Assembly: GCF_032444005.1 (NCBI RefSeq)
Contig: NC_091290.1
Location: 130,076,001 to 130,140,000, forward strand
DNA from: Ranitomeya imitator
Lineage: Eukaryota
Direction: 5' to 3'
Length of the DNA stretch: 64,000 nucleotides
Part shown: one piece after another, positions 25,085 through 36,921 of the stretch
Layout: each line of letters begins with the position of its first letter
Position numbering within the stretch: the stretch's first letter is position 1
The notes under the pieces: model-generated
Databases searched by the model: none
Told to the model about the DNA's origin: nothing
What the model saw: the letters and a program-made list of their open reading frames with translations, nothing else
Position numbers and translations under genes: made by a program

Positions 25085-25700
25085 CAGAATCTTGTGTTTC
25101 TTTTTTTTGCCCCTCACCAGTGCAAAGTATGAGATCTGATTTGGCTGTATGATAGGCCTCTGTCTGGGATCTAGGGAGTAATGTTTCTCCTTGTGGAGAG
25201 TGATATGCCTGGCATGCTAGTGTAAGAAAATTTATAGACCATGCATTACTCATTTCTTGCCCCACCTCATGGCAAAGCATGAGATCTGATTTGGCTACAT
25301 GAGAGGCCTCTGACTGGGGTCTAGGGGGTAATGTTTCTCCTTGTGTAGAGTTACATTCCTAACATGCTAGTGTAAGGAGACTTATAGATAATGTGATACT
25401 CATTTTTGTCTCTCCTCAGTGCAAAGCATGAGATCTGATTTGACTGCATGATAGACCTCTGACTGTGATCTAGAGGGTAATGTTTCTCCTTGTGGAGAGT
25501 TACATTCCCAACCTGCTAGTGTAAGGAGACTTATAGACTATGCATTACTTGTTTTTTTTTGTCCCTCCCCAGTGCAATGCATGAGATCTGACTTTGATGT
25601 ACAGTATGAGAGGCCTCTGACTGGGGTCTAGGGGACAATATCGCAGAGAGCGACATGCCTGACATGCTAGTGTAAGGAGACTTATAGACCATGCGATACT
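25085..25700. repeat. Tandem array, 4 copies of a ~150-bp unit
   Basis: GAGATCTGA anchor at 25131, 25281, 25430 and 25583. Confidence 0.92.
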
Positions 25701-26454
25701 CCTCTGAAGAGACAATTTTCAAATTTAATTTTGCAGTGGAGCATTTCATGGCTTTTCAGTCACCTTACACTAGGATTTCCAACATGTCACTCTTTGCAAG
25801 GAAAAACGTAATCCCTTAGACCCCAGATGATAGAGCCGATACTAGACTCCTCTGACTAATGTCCAGGGTGAACAAAAGGATTGAATATTGAAATTCCAAC
25901 TAGCCGAAACTTTTAGCTATTGGCTTTGCAACTTTTAGCCAATAAGCTCATGTTTCTCATAAGAGCAGTGGAAGAGGAATATGTTCATGTCGTGGGAGGC
26001 AGTGACCTGTCCATTCATATGGATGTAATGTAGAGAGTGGGAGAAAGTAGAATATAACACAGTACAATCTTTGGGGACAAGATGTACAATCATTTAAGAA
26101 TAATGAAGGATTATCAAGATTATCAAGAAGTGGACAATTTATTTTAGTTTTGACTCTGAATTTAATCATTTTTTAGTATTCGACCAGTGTGATAAAAATG
26201 ATGAAAACAACTAATTAATTGATTGCCTCTAGTTAACATTATGCTACTTCATCCATTTCATTTATCTTCCGGACTTGCAGTGATGGGTCAGTGATATGTC
26301 AGGGAACCATGAGTAATTCTGCAGGAATTAAGGATAAAACAGATGAATGTAAGCTTGTTAGTTAGAAAGAAAATGTTCTACTTATTTTTCTTAGACATCA
26401 TTATAATCAATCATGCCGGCACCATGCCACTATTAATCACTGTCTCACATTGAA

Positions 26455-26979
26455 GGATACCTTAAAGGGGGTGATTTGAACTTTTATATTTTTTAATATT
26501 TGTAAAAACATTTTTTTTTTACTTTTGGCATGCATCAATAGCTGTCATAGCCCAATCGGCTCAGCAAATATAGGTGATGATCTGATCTTCTCTATATAGC
26601 AGATGTAATCACTTTCTATGAGCGCCGACCACTGGGTGGCGCTCACAGCAAGCCAGCACTGACAACCATAGAGGTCTCCAGGAGGCCTTCGTTTGTCCAA
26701 CACATCGGTGACCCGCGATCACGTGACGGGGTCACCAGTGTGAGTATTTCCAGCGCCATTGCCGGAAGCGCTTGCTTGACAGCGGCATTTAGCTGGTTAA
26801 TAGCCGTGGGTGGATCGTGATTCCACCCGCGGCTATTGTGGGCACATGTCAGCTGTTCAAAACAGCTGACATGTCCCAGGAAAGATGTGGGGTCACCTCC
26901 AGAGCCCACATCAAAGGGAGGGAGTCCGACATTGGCGTACTATTACGATGTCGGACTCACGATGTCGAAAAGGGGTTAA
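26455..26979. mobile_element. Internally deleted piggyBac-type element end (family of 18052-19328)
   Basis: Ends GAAAAGGGGTTAA (26979); internal blocks are shared with 2270-2707 and 18052-19328. Confidence 0.7.
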
Positions 26980-27615
26980 ACCATTTTCATGCATATTCCA
27001 GCCAGGACCATTCATTCTGTTTTTTTTGCATGCTGAAATATTGTATTGTATTCCTATATTTTCTTGAAATTAAACCCCTAACCTAACGTCATATGAAAGA
27101 CCACCAGTGTCCTCTAATGACATGGCAGGGACCGGATGAGATTGAGCTGTATGATTGTTTGAAGGGCAAAGCGAATAATCGCTGATCACACTGTGACTTA
27201 CGGAACTCCCTCTCATCAGAAGCAAAACACACATCTACCACCGCAGCTTTGATTTGAAGACAAAAAGCAAAAATACCCTTCACTCAAATGAGCCATAAAC
27301 AATGCAACGTCTCCTGTATCCCAGCAATAGAAAAATCAAAGATGGGAAGAAAACTCCTCTCTTGCTGTGAGGCTTTAACATTACGCAGCAGAAATCATTA
27401 AAATATGTTAAGAGCCTCAGTGCCTCGTTGCTGCTCACTGCGGTCTGATTCAACAACATTTGTAAGGTCAGGCTTTTCTCATTAAAGGATTTGGGTTTTT
27501 AACATTCGGCGGATAAACAGACTAACAAATCATTGATCACACCTGGCAACTGATTGGAAAAATTAAAGTGTGATGATAAATAATCATGTACTTATAACAA
27601 AAAAACTGACTGGCG

Positions 27616-28193
27616 CTTCCAAATCAGAAAACTCGTGTGTACAGGTGCAAACCAAGAGAAGCCATCTCTATAGTTAACAAACAAATAAAGTTATACCCGG
27701 TAGTGCTAAAGAATGTAAATATGGAATATATTAAATATGAATAGCATTACTGCTCTAGATAATAAGAAAAAATGGCAATACTTAGCACATAATTTGACTA
27801 ATTCTTGCAGGCCCAGCAACCAACAACAAGTTCGCACCTGTACACACCAGTTTTCTGATTTGGAAGTGTGTCTCAAGCTTATGTTATTTGTATAATAGCT
27901 CTCTGACCGAGCACTCCACCCGCCAGCCTGTGGCGATTTTAATTGCAACTGAAACCTACCTACCTATAAATTCAGGCTTTAGCCTCATAGAGGTATTCAC
28001 ACTAGACATGTAGGTTCCCAGCAAACTGGAGATTGACTTGTCATTGGTTGCTGGGCCTGCATGAATTAGCCAAACTATGTGCTAAGTATCTCAATTTTTT
28101 CTTATTATCTAGAGCAATAATGCTATTCATATTTCATATATTACATAGCTACATGCTTTAGCGCTACAAAGTGCAACTTTATTTGTTTGTTAA
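27616..28193. repeat. Interleaved inverted repeats X-Y-X'-Y' (possible Penelope-type remnant)
   Basis: X (27616-27648) is the reverse complement of 27834-27866 with 1 mismatch in 33; Y (27674-27830) is an imperfect reverse complement of 28037-28193. Confidence 0.75.
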
Positions 28194-28299
28194 TCATGTA
28201 TTTAGTCAGGTCTCATCAGAAATGCTGATGATTTTATTTAATCAAATGTTGAATGATAACCGAGAAAGAAAGAATGAACGAACGAAAGAAAGAAAGAAG

Positions 28300-30330
28300 A
28301 GGTCCCACCAATTCTCCTAGCCTAATCCAGAAAGAGTGAGTCAAGCAGCAAAAAGACCTTAATGATATATTCTACACCGTGGCGAGATTGTACGACCTTA
28401 GGAAAATCAACTACAAGAGGCCAAAGGAAAAATAGATTAATGGTTGGTTTGATAGAGAATGTAAAGAGATATGGAAAATTCTGAGAACAGCCTCAAACAA
28501 GAAACATAGCGACTCCGACCACCTGGGTCTGAAGGATTCCTATGACACCATACAAAAGCAGCACAAAACAATTACTCAGAAGGAAAAAGCAGAGTTGCAT
28601 CTTTACCAAACTTAACCAACTCCAAGAAGCCCTCCAAGACAACTCCTTCTGGGTACTATGGAACTACATGAGCACAAAAAGCAAAAAACAACATCCATAT
28701 CCAAAACGTCAACATCTGGCTCCAGTACTTCAGAGACCTCTATAAAGACATCCTGAAGAAAGAACTAAACCAAGAACAGAGAAATATAATAGCAAAACTA
28801 AAGGCAGTAGAGAACAGAGTCAAAAATTTCCCAAACCCTCTGGATACACCAAACACATTACAGGGTATTACAGAGAGCATCTCTTCCATAAAGTATAGAA
28901 AAGCCAGTGACCTGGATGGAATCCCACCAGAAATGCTGAAGTACAGCCCACCAGAAATACAGGCAACGATGGGAAATCTGTTTATTATTGTGCTAAGTTC
29001 CGGCTACTTCCCTAATACCTGGAATCATGGCCTCATCACTCCGATCCACAAGAGTGGGAACAGGTATGACCCAGTCAGCTGCAGAGGCATATGTGTCAGC
29101 AGCAACCTGGGAAAACTGTTCAAAAGCATTCTGAACAAAAGGATCCTCAGTTTCCTCACCAAGCATAAGGTCCTCAGCAAAAGACAAGATGGGTTCATGC
29201 CAAACCACCGGACTACCGACAACATGTACACCCTCTACAGCCTTATTCAGAGACACGTCCACAACACAAAGCATAAAAAAAATTGCCTGTTTTGTAGACG
29301 ACTTTAAAAGGCCTTTGACTCAGTATGGCACCCGGACCTATTTCTGAAACTGCTTGAGAGCGGAATAGGAGGAAAGACCAATGATATCATCAAAAGCTCC
29401 TACACCAAGAACCACTCCAGCATGCGTGTAAACAGGAGAAGAATGGCTGATTTCCAGCAGAGCTGCGGAGTCAGACAGGGCTGCAGCCTAAGTCCAACGT
29501 TCTTCAATATTTACATCGAGTGGCCACCGCTCTTGAAACTTCCACATCATCAGGTCTCACAGTCCATGACTCCCAGGTGAAACTTTTTCTGTATGCAGAT
29601 GACCTACTGTTCATGGTGTTCCAAAGGAGAAAACCAAGATCAGACCAGCACCCTTCGTTTGTACTAAACAACTGTACTCTTACAGGAACAGACAAATACA
29701 CCTGTATGGACCTGGAAATTCACCAGTCAGGGAGCTTCAAACATGTCATAGAGACCCTGAAAGACAAAGCCTGAAAAACCTTCTATGCCATCTGAAAGAA
29801 AACTCTACCATCTGAAGACCCCAGTGAGGGTTTCACCAAAAATCTTCGATGTCATTATTGCCCCTATACTTCTGTGCAGCAGCAGTGTCTGGGGTCCTCA
29901 CACACACCCAGATGGGTCAAAGTGGGATTTCAACCCAACGGAAATATTCCACCTGGAATTCTGTAAGCCCCTTCTCCAGGTCCACCTTAGCACCACCTGC
30001 AGTGCCTGTCGGGCTCAACTGGGCAGATTTCCTTTCCACTTAGCAGTTCTGAAGAGGGGGCTTTCATTCCGGGGTCACCTACATAGTAGCAATCCAAGCT
30101 CCCATCATAATAAAGCCCTGGTACATGTAGGTGGCCCACACAAACCAGGACCCCCGGAACAGCTTGCCCAAAGCAAACCAGACCAAAGCACCAATCACAG
30201 CAGCCTGACAAAAGCCAGAATCAGGAAGATGGTAGGCAAGGGTCAGGAGAGGTACGTCAGTGACTGGAAGAATGATATCACCTCACAGAAACTGACCATG
30301 TATGGGAATCTACACAGAGACTACAGACGG
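28300..30330 (+). mobile_element. Decayed non-LTR retrotransposon ORF2 (RT; RTE/RTEX-like, clade uncertain)
   Basis: Frameshifted motifs: WFDRECK, DGIPPEMLKYS, WNHGLITPIHKSG, RGICVSSNLGKLF, F(V)DFKKAFDSVWH, GVRQGCSLSPTFFNIY, LYADDLL. Confidence 0.88.
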
Positions 30331-30350
30331 GATGGATGGAGGGATGGATG

Positions 30351-30387
<37 letters not shown>

Positions 30388-30395
30388 GATAGATC
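30327..30395. repeat. (GGAT)n(AGAT)n microsatellite at the LINE 3' end
   Basis: Direct read. Confidence 0.95.
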
Positions 30396-30750
30396 GACCT
30401 TGCACATCCCAGGTATTGCTTGCTACATTTTATACACAAGGGCTTTAAACTGATAGATCACATCATATTTTAATTTTATTAAAGTGTATAAACTTTACCA
30501 TGAAAATAAATATGCAAAAGGCTATAAATTTAATAACTGAATTACACAATATTAATTGTTTTTATTTTGAAATCCATATGACTTCTCTCCAGGTGGGATC
30601 TGAGATAATAGAGATAATATGTTTTATGATTTATAGACATTCATTATATAATGGTTGAAAGTCAGGATCCAACAAGAGAGTACATGATAGGGAGATATGG
30701 GAAAGAAAATATAGAACGATTTTTTTTTTACACAGATTAAGAGATAGATA

Positions 30751-32357
30751 CAGTGGGGCAAAAAAGTATTTAGTCAGTCAGCAATAGTGCAAGTTCCACC
30801 ACTTAAAAAGATGAGAGGCGTCTGTAATTTACATCATAGGTAGACCTCAACTATGGGAGACAAACTGGGAAAAAAAAATCCAGAAAATCACATTGTCTGT
30901 TTTTTTAACATTTTATTTGCATATTATGGTGGAAAATAAGTATTTGGTCAGAAACAAACAATCAAGATTTCTGGCTCTCACAGACCTGTAACTTCTTCTT
31001 TAAGAGTCTCCTCTTTCCTCCACTCATTACCTGTAGTAATGGCACATGTTTAAACTTGTTATCAGTATAAAAAGACACCTGTGCACACCCTCAAACAGTC
31101 TGACTCCAAACTCCACTATGGTGAAGACCAAAGAGCTGTCAAAGGACACCAGAAACAAAATTGTAGTCCTGCACCAGGCTGGGAAGACTGAATCTGCAAT
31201 AGCCAACCAGCTTGGAGTGAAGAAATCAACAGTGGGAGCAATAATTAGAAAATGGAAGACATACAAGACCACTGATAATCTCCCTCGATCTGGGGCTCCA
31301 CGCAAAATCCCACCCCGTGGGGTCAGAATGATCACAAGAACGGTGAGCAAAAATCCCAGAACCACGCGGGGGGACCTAGTGAATGAACTGCAGAGAGCTG
31401 GGACCAATGTAACAAGGCCTACCATAAGTAACACACTACGCCACAATGGACTCAGATCCTGCAGTGCCAGACGTGTCCCACTGCTTAAGCCAGTACATGT
31501 CCGGGCCCGTCTGAAGTTTGCTAGAGAGCATTTGGATGATCCAGAGGAGTTTTGGGAGAATGTCCTATGGTCTGATGAAACCAAACTGGAACTGTTTGGT
31601 AGAAACACAACTTGTCGTGTTTGGAGGAAAAAGAATACTGAGTTGCATCCATCAAACACCATACCTACTGTAAAGCATGGTGGTGGAAACATCATGCTTT
31701 GGGGCTGTTTCTCTGCAAAGGGGTCAGGACGACTGATCCGGGTACATGAAAGAATGAATGGGGCCATGTATCGTGAGATTTTGAGTGCAAACCTCCTTCC
31801 ATCAGCAAGGGCATTGAAGATGAAACGTGGCTGGGTCTTTCAACATGACAATGATCCAAAGCACACCGCCAGGGCAACGAAGGAGTGGCTTCGTAAGAAG
31901 CATTTCAAGGTCCTGGAGTGGCCTAGCCAGTCTCCAGATCTCAACCCTATAGAAAACCTTTGGAGGGAGTTGAAAGTCCGTGTTGCCAAGCGGAAAGCCA
32001 AAAACATCACTGCTCTAGAGGAGATCTGCATGGAGGAATGGGCCAACATACCAACAACAGTGTGTAGCAACCTTGTGAAGACTTACAGAAAACGTTTGAC
32101 CTCTGTCATTGCCAACAAAGGATATATTACAAAGTATTGAGATGAAATTTTGTTTCTGACCAAATACTTATTTTCCACCATAATATGCAAATAAAATGTT
32201 AAAAAAAACAGACAATGTGATATTCTGGATTTTTTTTTCTCAGTTTGTCTCCCATAGTTGAGGTCTACCTATGATGTAAATTACAGACGCCTCTCATCTT
32301 TTTAAGTGGTGGAACTTGCACTATTGCTGACTGACTAAATACTTTTTTGCCCCACTG
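30751..32357 (+). mobile_element. Full-length Tc1 DNA transposon (1607 bp), IR/DR type
   Basis: TA|CAGTGGGGCAAAAAAGTATTTAGTCAG...CTGACTAAATACTTTTTTGCCCCACTG|TA. TIRs of ~208 bp (30751-30958 and 32149-32357) differ at about 3 positions. The inner direct repeat AAAATAAGTATTTGGTCAG echoes the outer end. Confidence 0.98.
31118..32140 (+). CDS. Intact Tc1 transposase, 340 aa, DD34E
   Basis: Uninterrupted [19 protein letters not shown]...KGYITKY*. It has a paired-like N-terminal DNA-binding region, [19 protein letters not shown] and SPDLNPIE, with 34 residues counted between the second D and E. The start is placed at ATG 31118 by analogy with Tc1 transposases. Confidence 0.96.
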   Translation: MVKTKELSKDTRNKIVVLHQAGKTESAIANQLGVKKSTVGAIIRKWKTYKTTDNLPRSGAPRKIPPRGVRMITRTVSKNPRTTRGDLVNELQRAGTNVTRPTISNTLRHNGLRSCSARRVPLLKPVHVRARLKFAREHLDDPEEFWENVLWSDETKLELFGRNTTCRVWRKKNTELHPSNTIPTVKHGGGNIMLWGCFSAKGSGRLIRVHERMNGAMYREILSANLLPSARALKMKRGWVFQHDNDPKHTARATKEWLRKKHFKVLEWPSQSPDLNPIENLWRELKVRVAKRKAKNITALEEICMEEWANIPTTVCSNLVKTYRKRLTSVIANKGYITKY

Positions 32358-32559
32358 TAAATGATTGATAATCAAATGCGGGGAACCTGCAGGGGTCCAT
32401 TGCTTGCCCCCTTACAAATTGATCTGGTACACAGCATGTAATCACACTGTAGAGTTTTATACCCAGTCCTCCATGTATTCTGAGTTTATATCAGTTTCTG
32501 TGCCCTATTTGGTCTTTTCATATATAAAACTCTTAGATCAAAGTCCTTTTTGACTTGTA

Positions 32560-35500
32560 CCAAGCAGAGTTTCCAAGCTCCTCACTTCTGCTCGGCCTAC
32601 AACCTGCAATAGTGACTCCATTCCTTCACATCTCCTGCAGTCTCTCTCACCAGTGGTCACCACTCACCTGACTAAAATATTTAACCTCTCTCTTTCTTCA
32701 GGTATCTTTCCCTCCTCATTTAAACATGCCATCATAACCCCTTTACTTAAAAACCCATCCCTGGACAAGAACTGCACTGCTAACTACAGACCTGTCTCTA
32801 ACCTTTCCTTCATCTCTAAACTCCTGGAACGCTTGGTCCACTCCCGTCTAATCCGCTATCTCTTGGATAACTCTCTTCTCGACCCCTTACAATCTGGTTT
32901 CCGCTCTTTACACTCCACTGAAACTGTCCTCAATAAAGTCTCTAATGATCTAATAACAGCTAAATCCAAAGGTCATTGCTCTCTGCTGATTCTCCTGGAT
33001 CTATCTGCCACATTTGACACTGTGGATCACCAGCTCCTTCTCACTATGCTCCGCTCCATAGGCCTCAAGGACACAGCCCTCTCCTGGTTCTCCTCCTACC
33101 TCTCTGTCCGCACCTTCACTGTATCTTTTGCCGGCTCCTCTTCCCCTCCTCGTCCCCTTACTATCGGGGTTCCGCAGGGCTCAGTCCTGGGCCCCCTCCT
33201 TTTCTCTCTATACACTGCCCCTATTGGACAAACAATCAGCAGATTTGGGTTCCAGTATCATCTCTATGCTGATGACACCCAATTATACACTTCTTCCCCT
33301 GATATCACCCCCACTCTAATTCAAAATACCAAGGATTGTCTGTCTGCTGTCTCTAACATCATGTCATCCCTCTATCTGAAACTAAATCTCTCCAAAACTG
33401 AACTACTTGTGTTTCTCCCTTCTACTAACCTCACTCTACCCAACATCGAAATTACCCTGGAGGGTTAAACTGGATCACCCCCAGACGCAGGGCCGCGGGG
33501 TACTCGGTATCGGGTCCTTCGGTCCCTTCCTTCTGGTGATGTCACGGTGGCCCGACCCGGTCCGTGACCCTACTAAGGGGCGCTAAATTAAAGATGGTGC
33601 AAGTTTGTCAAGTTTTCGTGAAGCCACCTGTGGTATTCGGTCAGGGTGACCGACGCTGCTTAGGGGTCCACTGGGGTGATGTTATGGCAGCTAGATGTAA
33701 CACCTTCCCACAGGTGAAGTGTTTCCCCAGGGCTTCCCAGTAGATCCGCAATCCAGAGCACTGCTAACAGGGCTGGCTGAGACCGGCCGGTCCGAAGGTA
33801 CAACCAGAGTTCCCTTTGCAGGTGGAAATCAGTGCCTACCTTCTAGCACCTGGGTGTTGTAGTCCTTCCCTGCTGAGCACCACGGGATAGTCCTCACAAC
33901 TGTCATATTTGTTCTTTCTTTCTCCGTCCCCCAGATGATATGGCTATGACGCACCCAAATGACAGGTAGGCCTGGAGTTATTCTGGGACCCTAGAGACGC
34001 CCCTCTCCCACAATTGCCTCCTATGTCTGCTTAGGTGATTTAGGTGAGACAGCCAACCTATAATTAACTGTCCTGCCGCTGTTTGAAGTAAGGCTTGGAG
34101 CCCAATACTTCCTCGGCATTCTGGCCACCGGCTACGCGCCTCAGTAGGATGTTGCCGATCTCGGGGCATGACTCCTACTGGTTCTATCGCCTTTTTGCTG
34201 TGATCTCATTTCTCACTTCTCCACAATATACTTCACTTCATGTCCTTCCTTAAGATGCCGCCACAAGGTAGTGCAGGCGCAGCTCCGTAACAATCTGTCC
34301 TTTTCGCTAGGTCAATGCCAGGATCCCACCCCTGACAGAGACCCCCCTGAATCTCCCCCGCAACACCCTCTGCTCAGGATGTTGCCTGGACAAAACCCAG
34401 TCAGCTTCTCCCTCACTTCCTATCCAACCCCCAGTTTTACCCAAGTGTGAGGAGTGGCCTAATACATAGAACCCTTTTCTCCCCCTGGTGGCCGGAGTGT
34501 GAAGTGTAGTGTGTGACTGTGATACCTGGTCAGGTGAACTCCTTTAGTGTCATCAGACATAACATCACTCCCCTTAGTGGCAGAGCGACATTACTGCAAC
34601 GACCAGGACTCTGGGGCGATGCACAACCATAACTCCCAAGCAGCATGCCCACTGTCTTGGGGTCATATTCGACACCGAACTTTCCTTTACTCCCTATACC
34701 CGATCACTCACTCGCTCCTGTCACCTGCATCTTAAAAACATCTCCAGAATCTGACCTTTTCTCACCTTTGAAACTGCTAAGACTCTTACTGTTGCTCTTA
34801 TCCATTCTCGTCTGGACTACTGCAACTCTCTTCTGATCGGTCTCCCTCTTTCCAAACTTTCTCCTCTCCAATCCATCTTGAATGCGGCAGCCAGGGTCAT
34901 ATTTCTGTCCAGCCACTTCACCGATGCCTCCATCTTGTGCCAGTCATTACACTGGCTACCCATTCGCTACAGGGTCCAGTATAAACTCATCTCTCTCACC
35001 CACAAAGCTCTCCACAGTTCTGCACCGCCTTATATCTCCTCTCTCATTTCTGTCTATCGCCCTACACGTGCCCTCCGTTCTGCAAATGACCTAAGACTAA
35101 CATCCCCTGTAATCCGAACCTCGCACCTCTGTCTCCAAGACTTCTCTCGTGCTGCGCCAGCTCTCTGGAATGCATTTCCCCAGACGATCAGACTGATACC
35201 TAGCCCCGATCTATTCAAGCGCGCTTTAAAAACCCATCTCTTCAAACAAGCCTACCACATCAACTACTCAGTAAACTAACTTTGTCCTGTTCCCTCCTTC
35301 CAAATATTATTCTAAATCTGCACCCTACTATTCATCTGTCTCCACACCCTCCATGCACACTATTTATTATAATTGCCAGACCTGAAATAACAAGCACTTT
35401 TCACCTATTGTGTCCCCCCATTTCCTTGTAGATTGTAAGCTTGCGAGCAGGGACCTCACCCCTAATGTCACTGTTTAAATTGTCTTAACTTGTACTGAAT

Positions 35501-35588
35501 TTATTGTCTGTACATGTCCCCGCTTAATTGTAAAGTGCTGCGGAATATGTTGGCGCTATATAAATAAAAATTATTATTATTATTATTA
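32560..35588 (+). mobile_element. 5'-truncated young L2 LINE with intact 3' tail, interrupted by a solo LTR at 33471-34623
   Basis: The 271-aa open RT segment contains [38 protein letters not shown] and YADDTQLY. The frame resumes after the LTR. The 3' end is TGTAAAGTGCTGCGGAATATGTTGGCGCTATATAAATAAA followed by (TTA)n. Confidence 0.96.
33471..34623. mobile_element. Gypsy-type solo LTR (1153 bp) inserted in L2 ORF2
   Basis: TG...CA termini; 4-bp flanks AAAC (33467-33470) and CAAC (34624-34627); the L2 sequence rejoins seamlessly when it is removed. Confidence 0.88.
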
Positions 35589-36311
35589 CCATCATCCATT
35601 GAAGATCATATAAATCACGGTTGCTGCTTGGAAGTATGATGAAAGGAAGTCCATATCTTACAAGAAATCTCTGGTTGGCAGGACTAATGTCTGGAAAGAC
35701 CAGTAATCTTACGATTTCCTGCTGGGTAATTGCAGAAATGTGTCGTCGCTCTGAATGTGTTATAGCGATACCTATTACTGTCTAAATGAGACTCTGAAGA
35801 TGACCATTATAATTCAGAACATGAATCCTTCTCACCATAATACATTCATTATGGTGCATTTTTGTGATTTCATGGTTCCGTGGAATACCACTGTGCATAC
35901 ATCAACCATATTGGACCACAATGCATCCCTAATGGTTACTTACAACCTAGTAAATGCCTAATTATGTGCTTAAATTGAGACTTTTCAGTTGTCTGATCAA
36001 ACATAGATCTTGGGTTTGTATTAAGGACAAGTTAATTGAACTCCATTGGGAAGTTTCCCAAAATTCAGGAATTTTCGTGAATCTAAGTTTTTGGGAAACT
36101 CTATTTGCGCAAATCCAGCAAAATTAAAGTTATTTCCTCAAAAAGTATGTGCAAAGAAAGGATTAAATACACTAAAATCGATAATTACATAGCCCCTCAA
36201 CTATTTTTGCCACCGCAGTTCTCTGCTGGTCCTCTGGTGGCTTTCTAAGGCATCAGCACTGGTCTCCTATTCACTCTTCACCGACACTTCTGGCACCAAC
36301 TAGGCCTTGAA

Positions 36312-36921
36312 TAGAGATGAGTGAATACATTTGAATTTTATTCAATGCCAAGATTAGATTTTTTAAAGTTTGATGGAGGCATCTGGTGGTCGTCACGTTT
36401 CTGAACAGTAAAAGGCCATCAAAATGTTAAAAAATCCTTATACTCACATCATCGTCCTATCTTCGTCACCTGTCCAGTCCTCGCTGTATCTTCAGATCAT
36501 CTCTTCTCGTGCTGAAATCTCGGGCCTCTCACATTGAGTTCCAGTTTTGATGAGAGTCTTAGAGGGTTCTGCACAAATGTGCTACAGGCCATGGTAAGAT
36601 AACGTCTCTGCGTATGCGCAGAATCCTCCCTTGTGCCAATAATTAAACTCCCTTCTTGGCATGAGCGTTCATGGTATTTCAACGCAAGCGGCGACGATCT
36701 GAAGAAGCAGCTAGGACCAAACAGGACATGGTGAGGTGCTGTGCAGCCTTGGATGTGAGTGGTCCAATAAGTATAATGATTTTTTCTTATTTTTTATATA
36801 TTACATTTATTATGCTCTAGGGTCTGGACAGGGACATTAAATAACTTTTCCACACTTTAATTTCCTGGAAAAAAATTCTCAAAATGGAGAATTTGAATTT
36901 TGCCTTTTCCACTCATGTCTA
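36312..36921. mobile_element. Old hAT-type non-autonomous element (TAGAGATGAG termini)
   Basis: TAGAGATGAGTGAA at 36312 and ACTCATGTCTA ending 36921; the 8-bp flanks are only 5/8 similar. Confidence 0.5.

Noticed and set aside
27202-27246. Possible 45-nt minus-strand exon (AAVVDVCFASDEREF) with AG acceptor and GTAAGT donor
   Set aside because: The peptide is unrecognised and no partner exons were found. It cannot be supported without RNA-seq or conservation data.
31046-31117. N-terminal 24-aa extension of the transposase in the ORF track
   Set aside because: Tc1 transposases of this type begin at the M-x-KTKELS motif (ATG 31118), which gives the canonical 340 aa.
31027-31767. 246-aa antisense ORF
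   Set aside because: It is the shadow frame of the transposase and has no independent motif.
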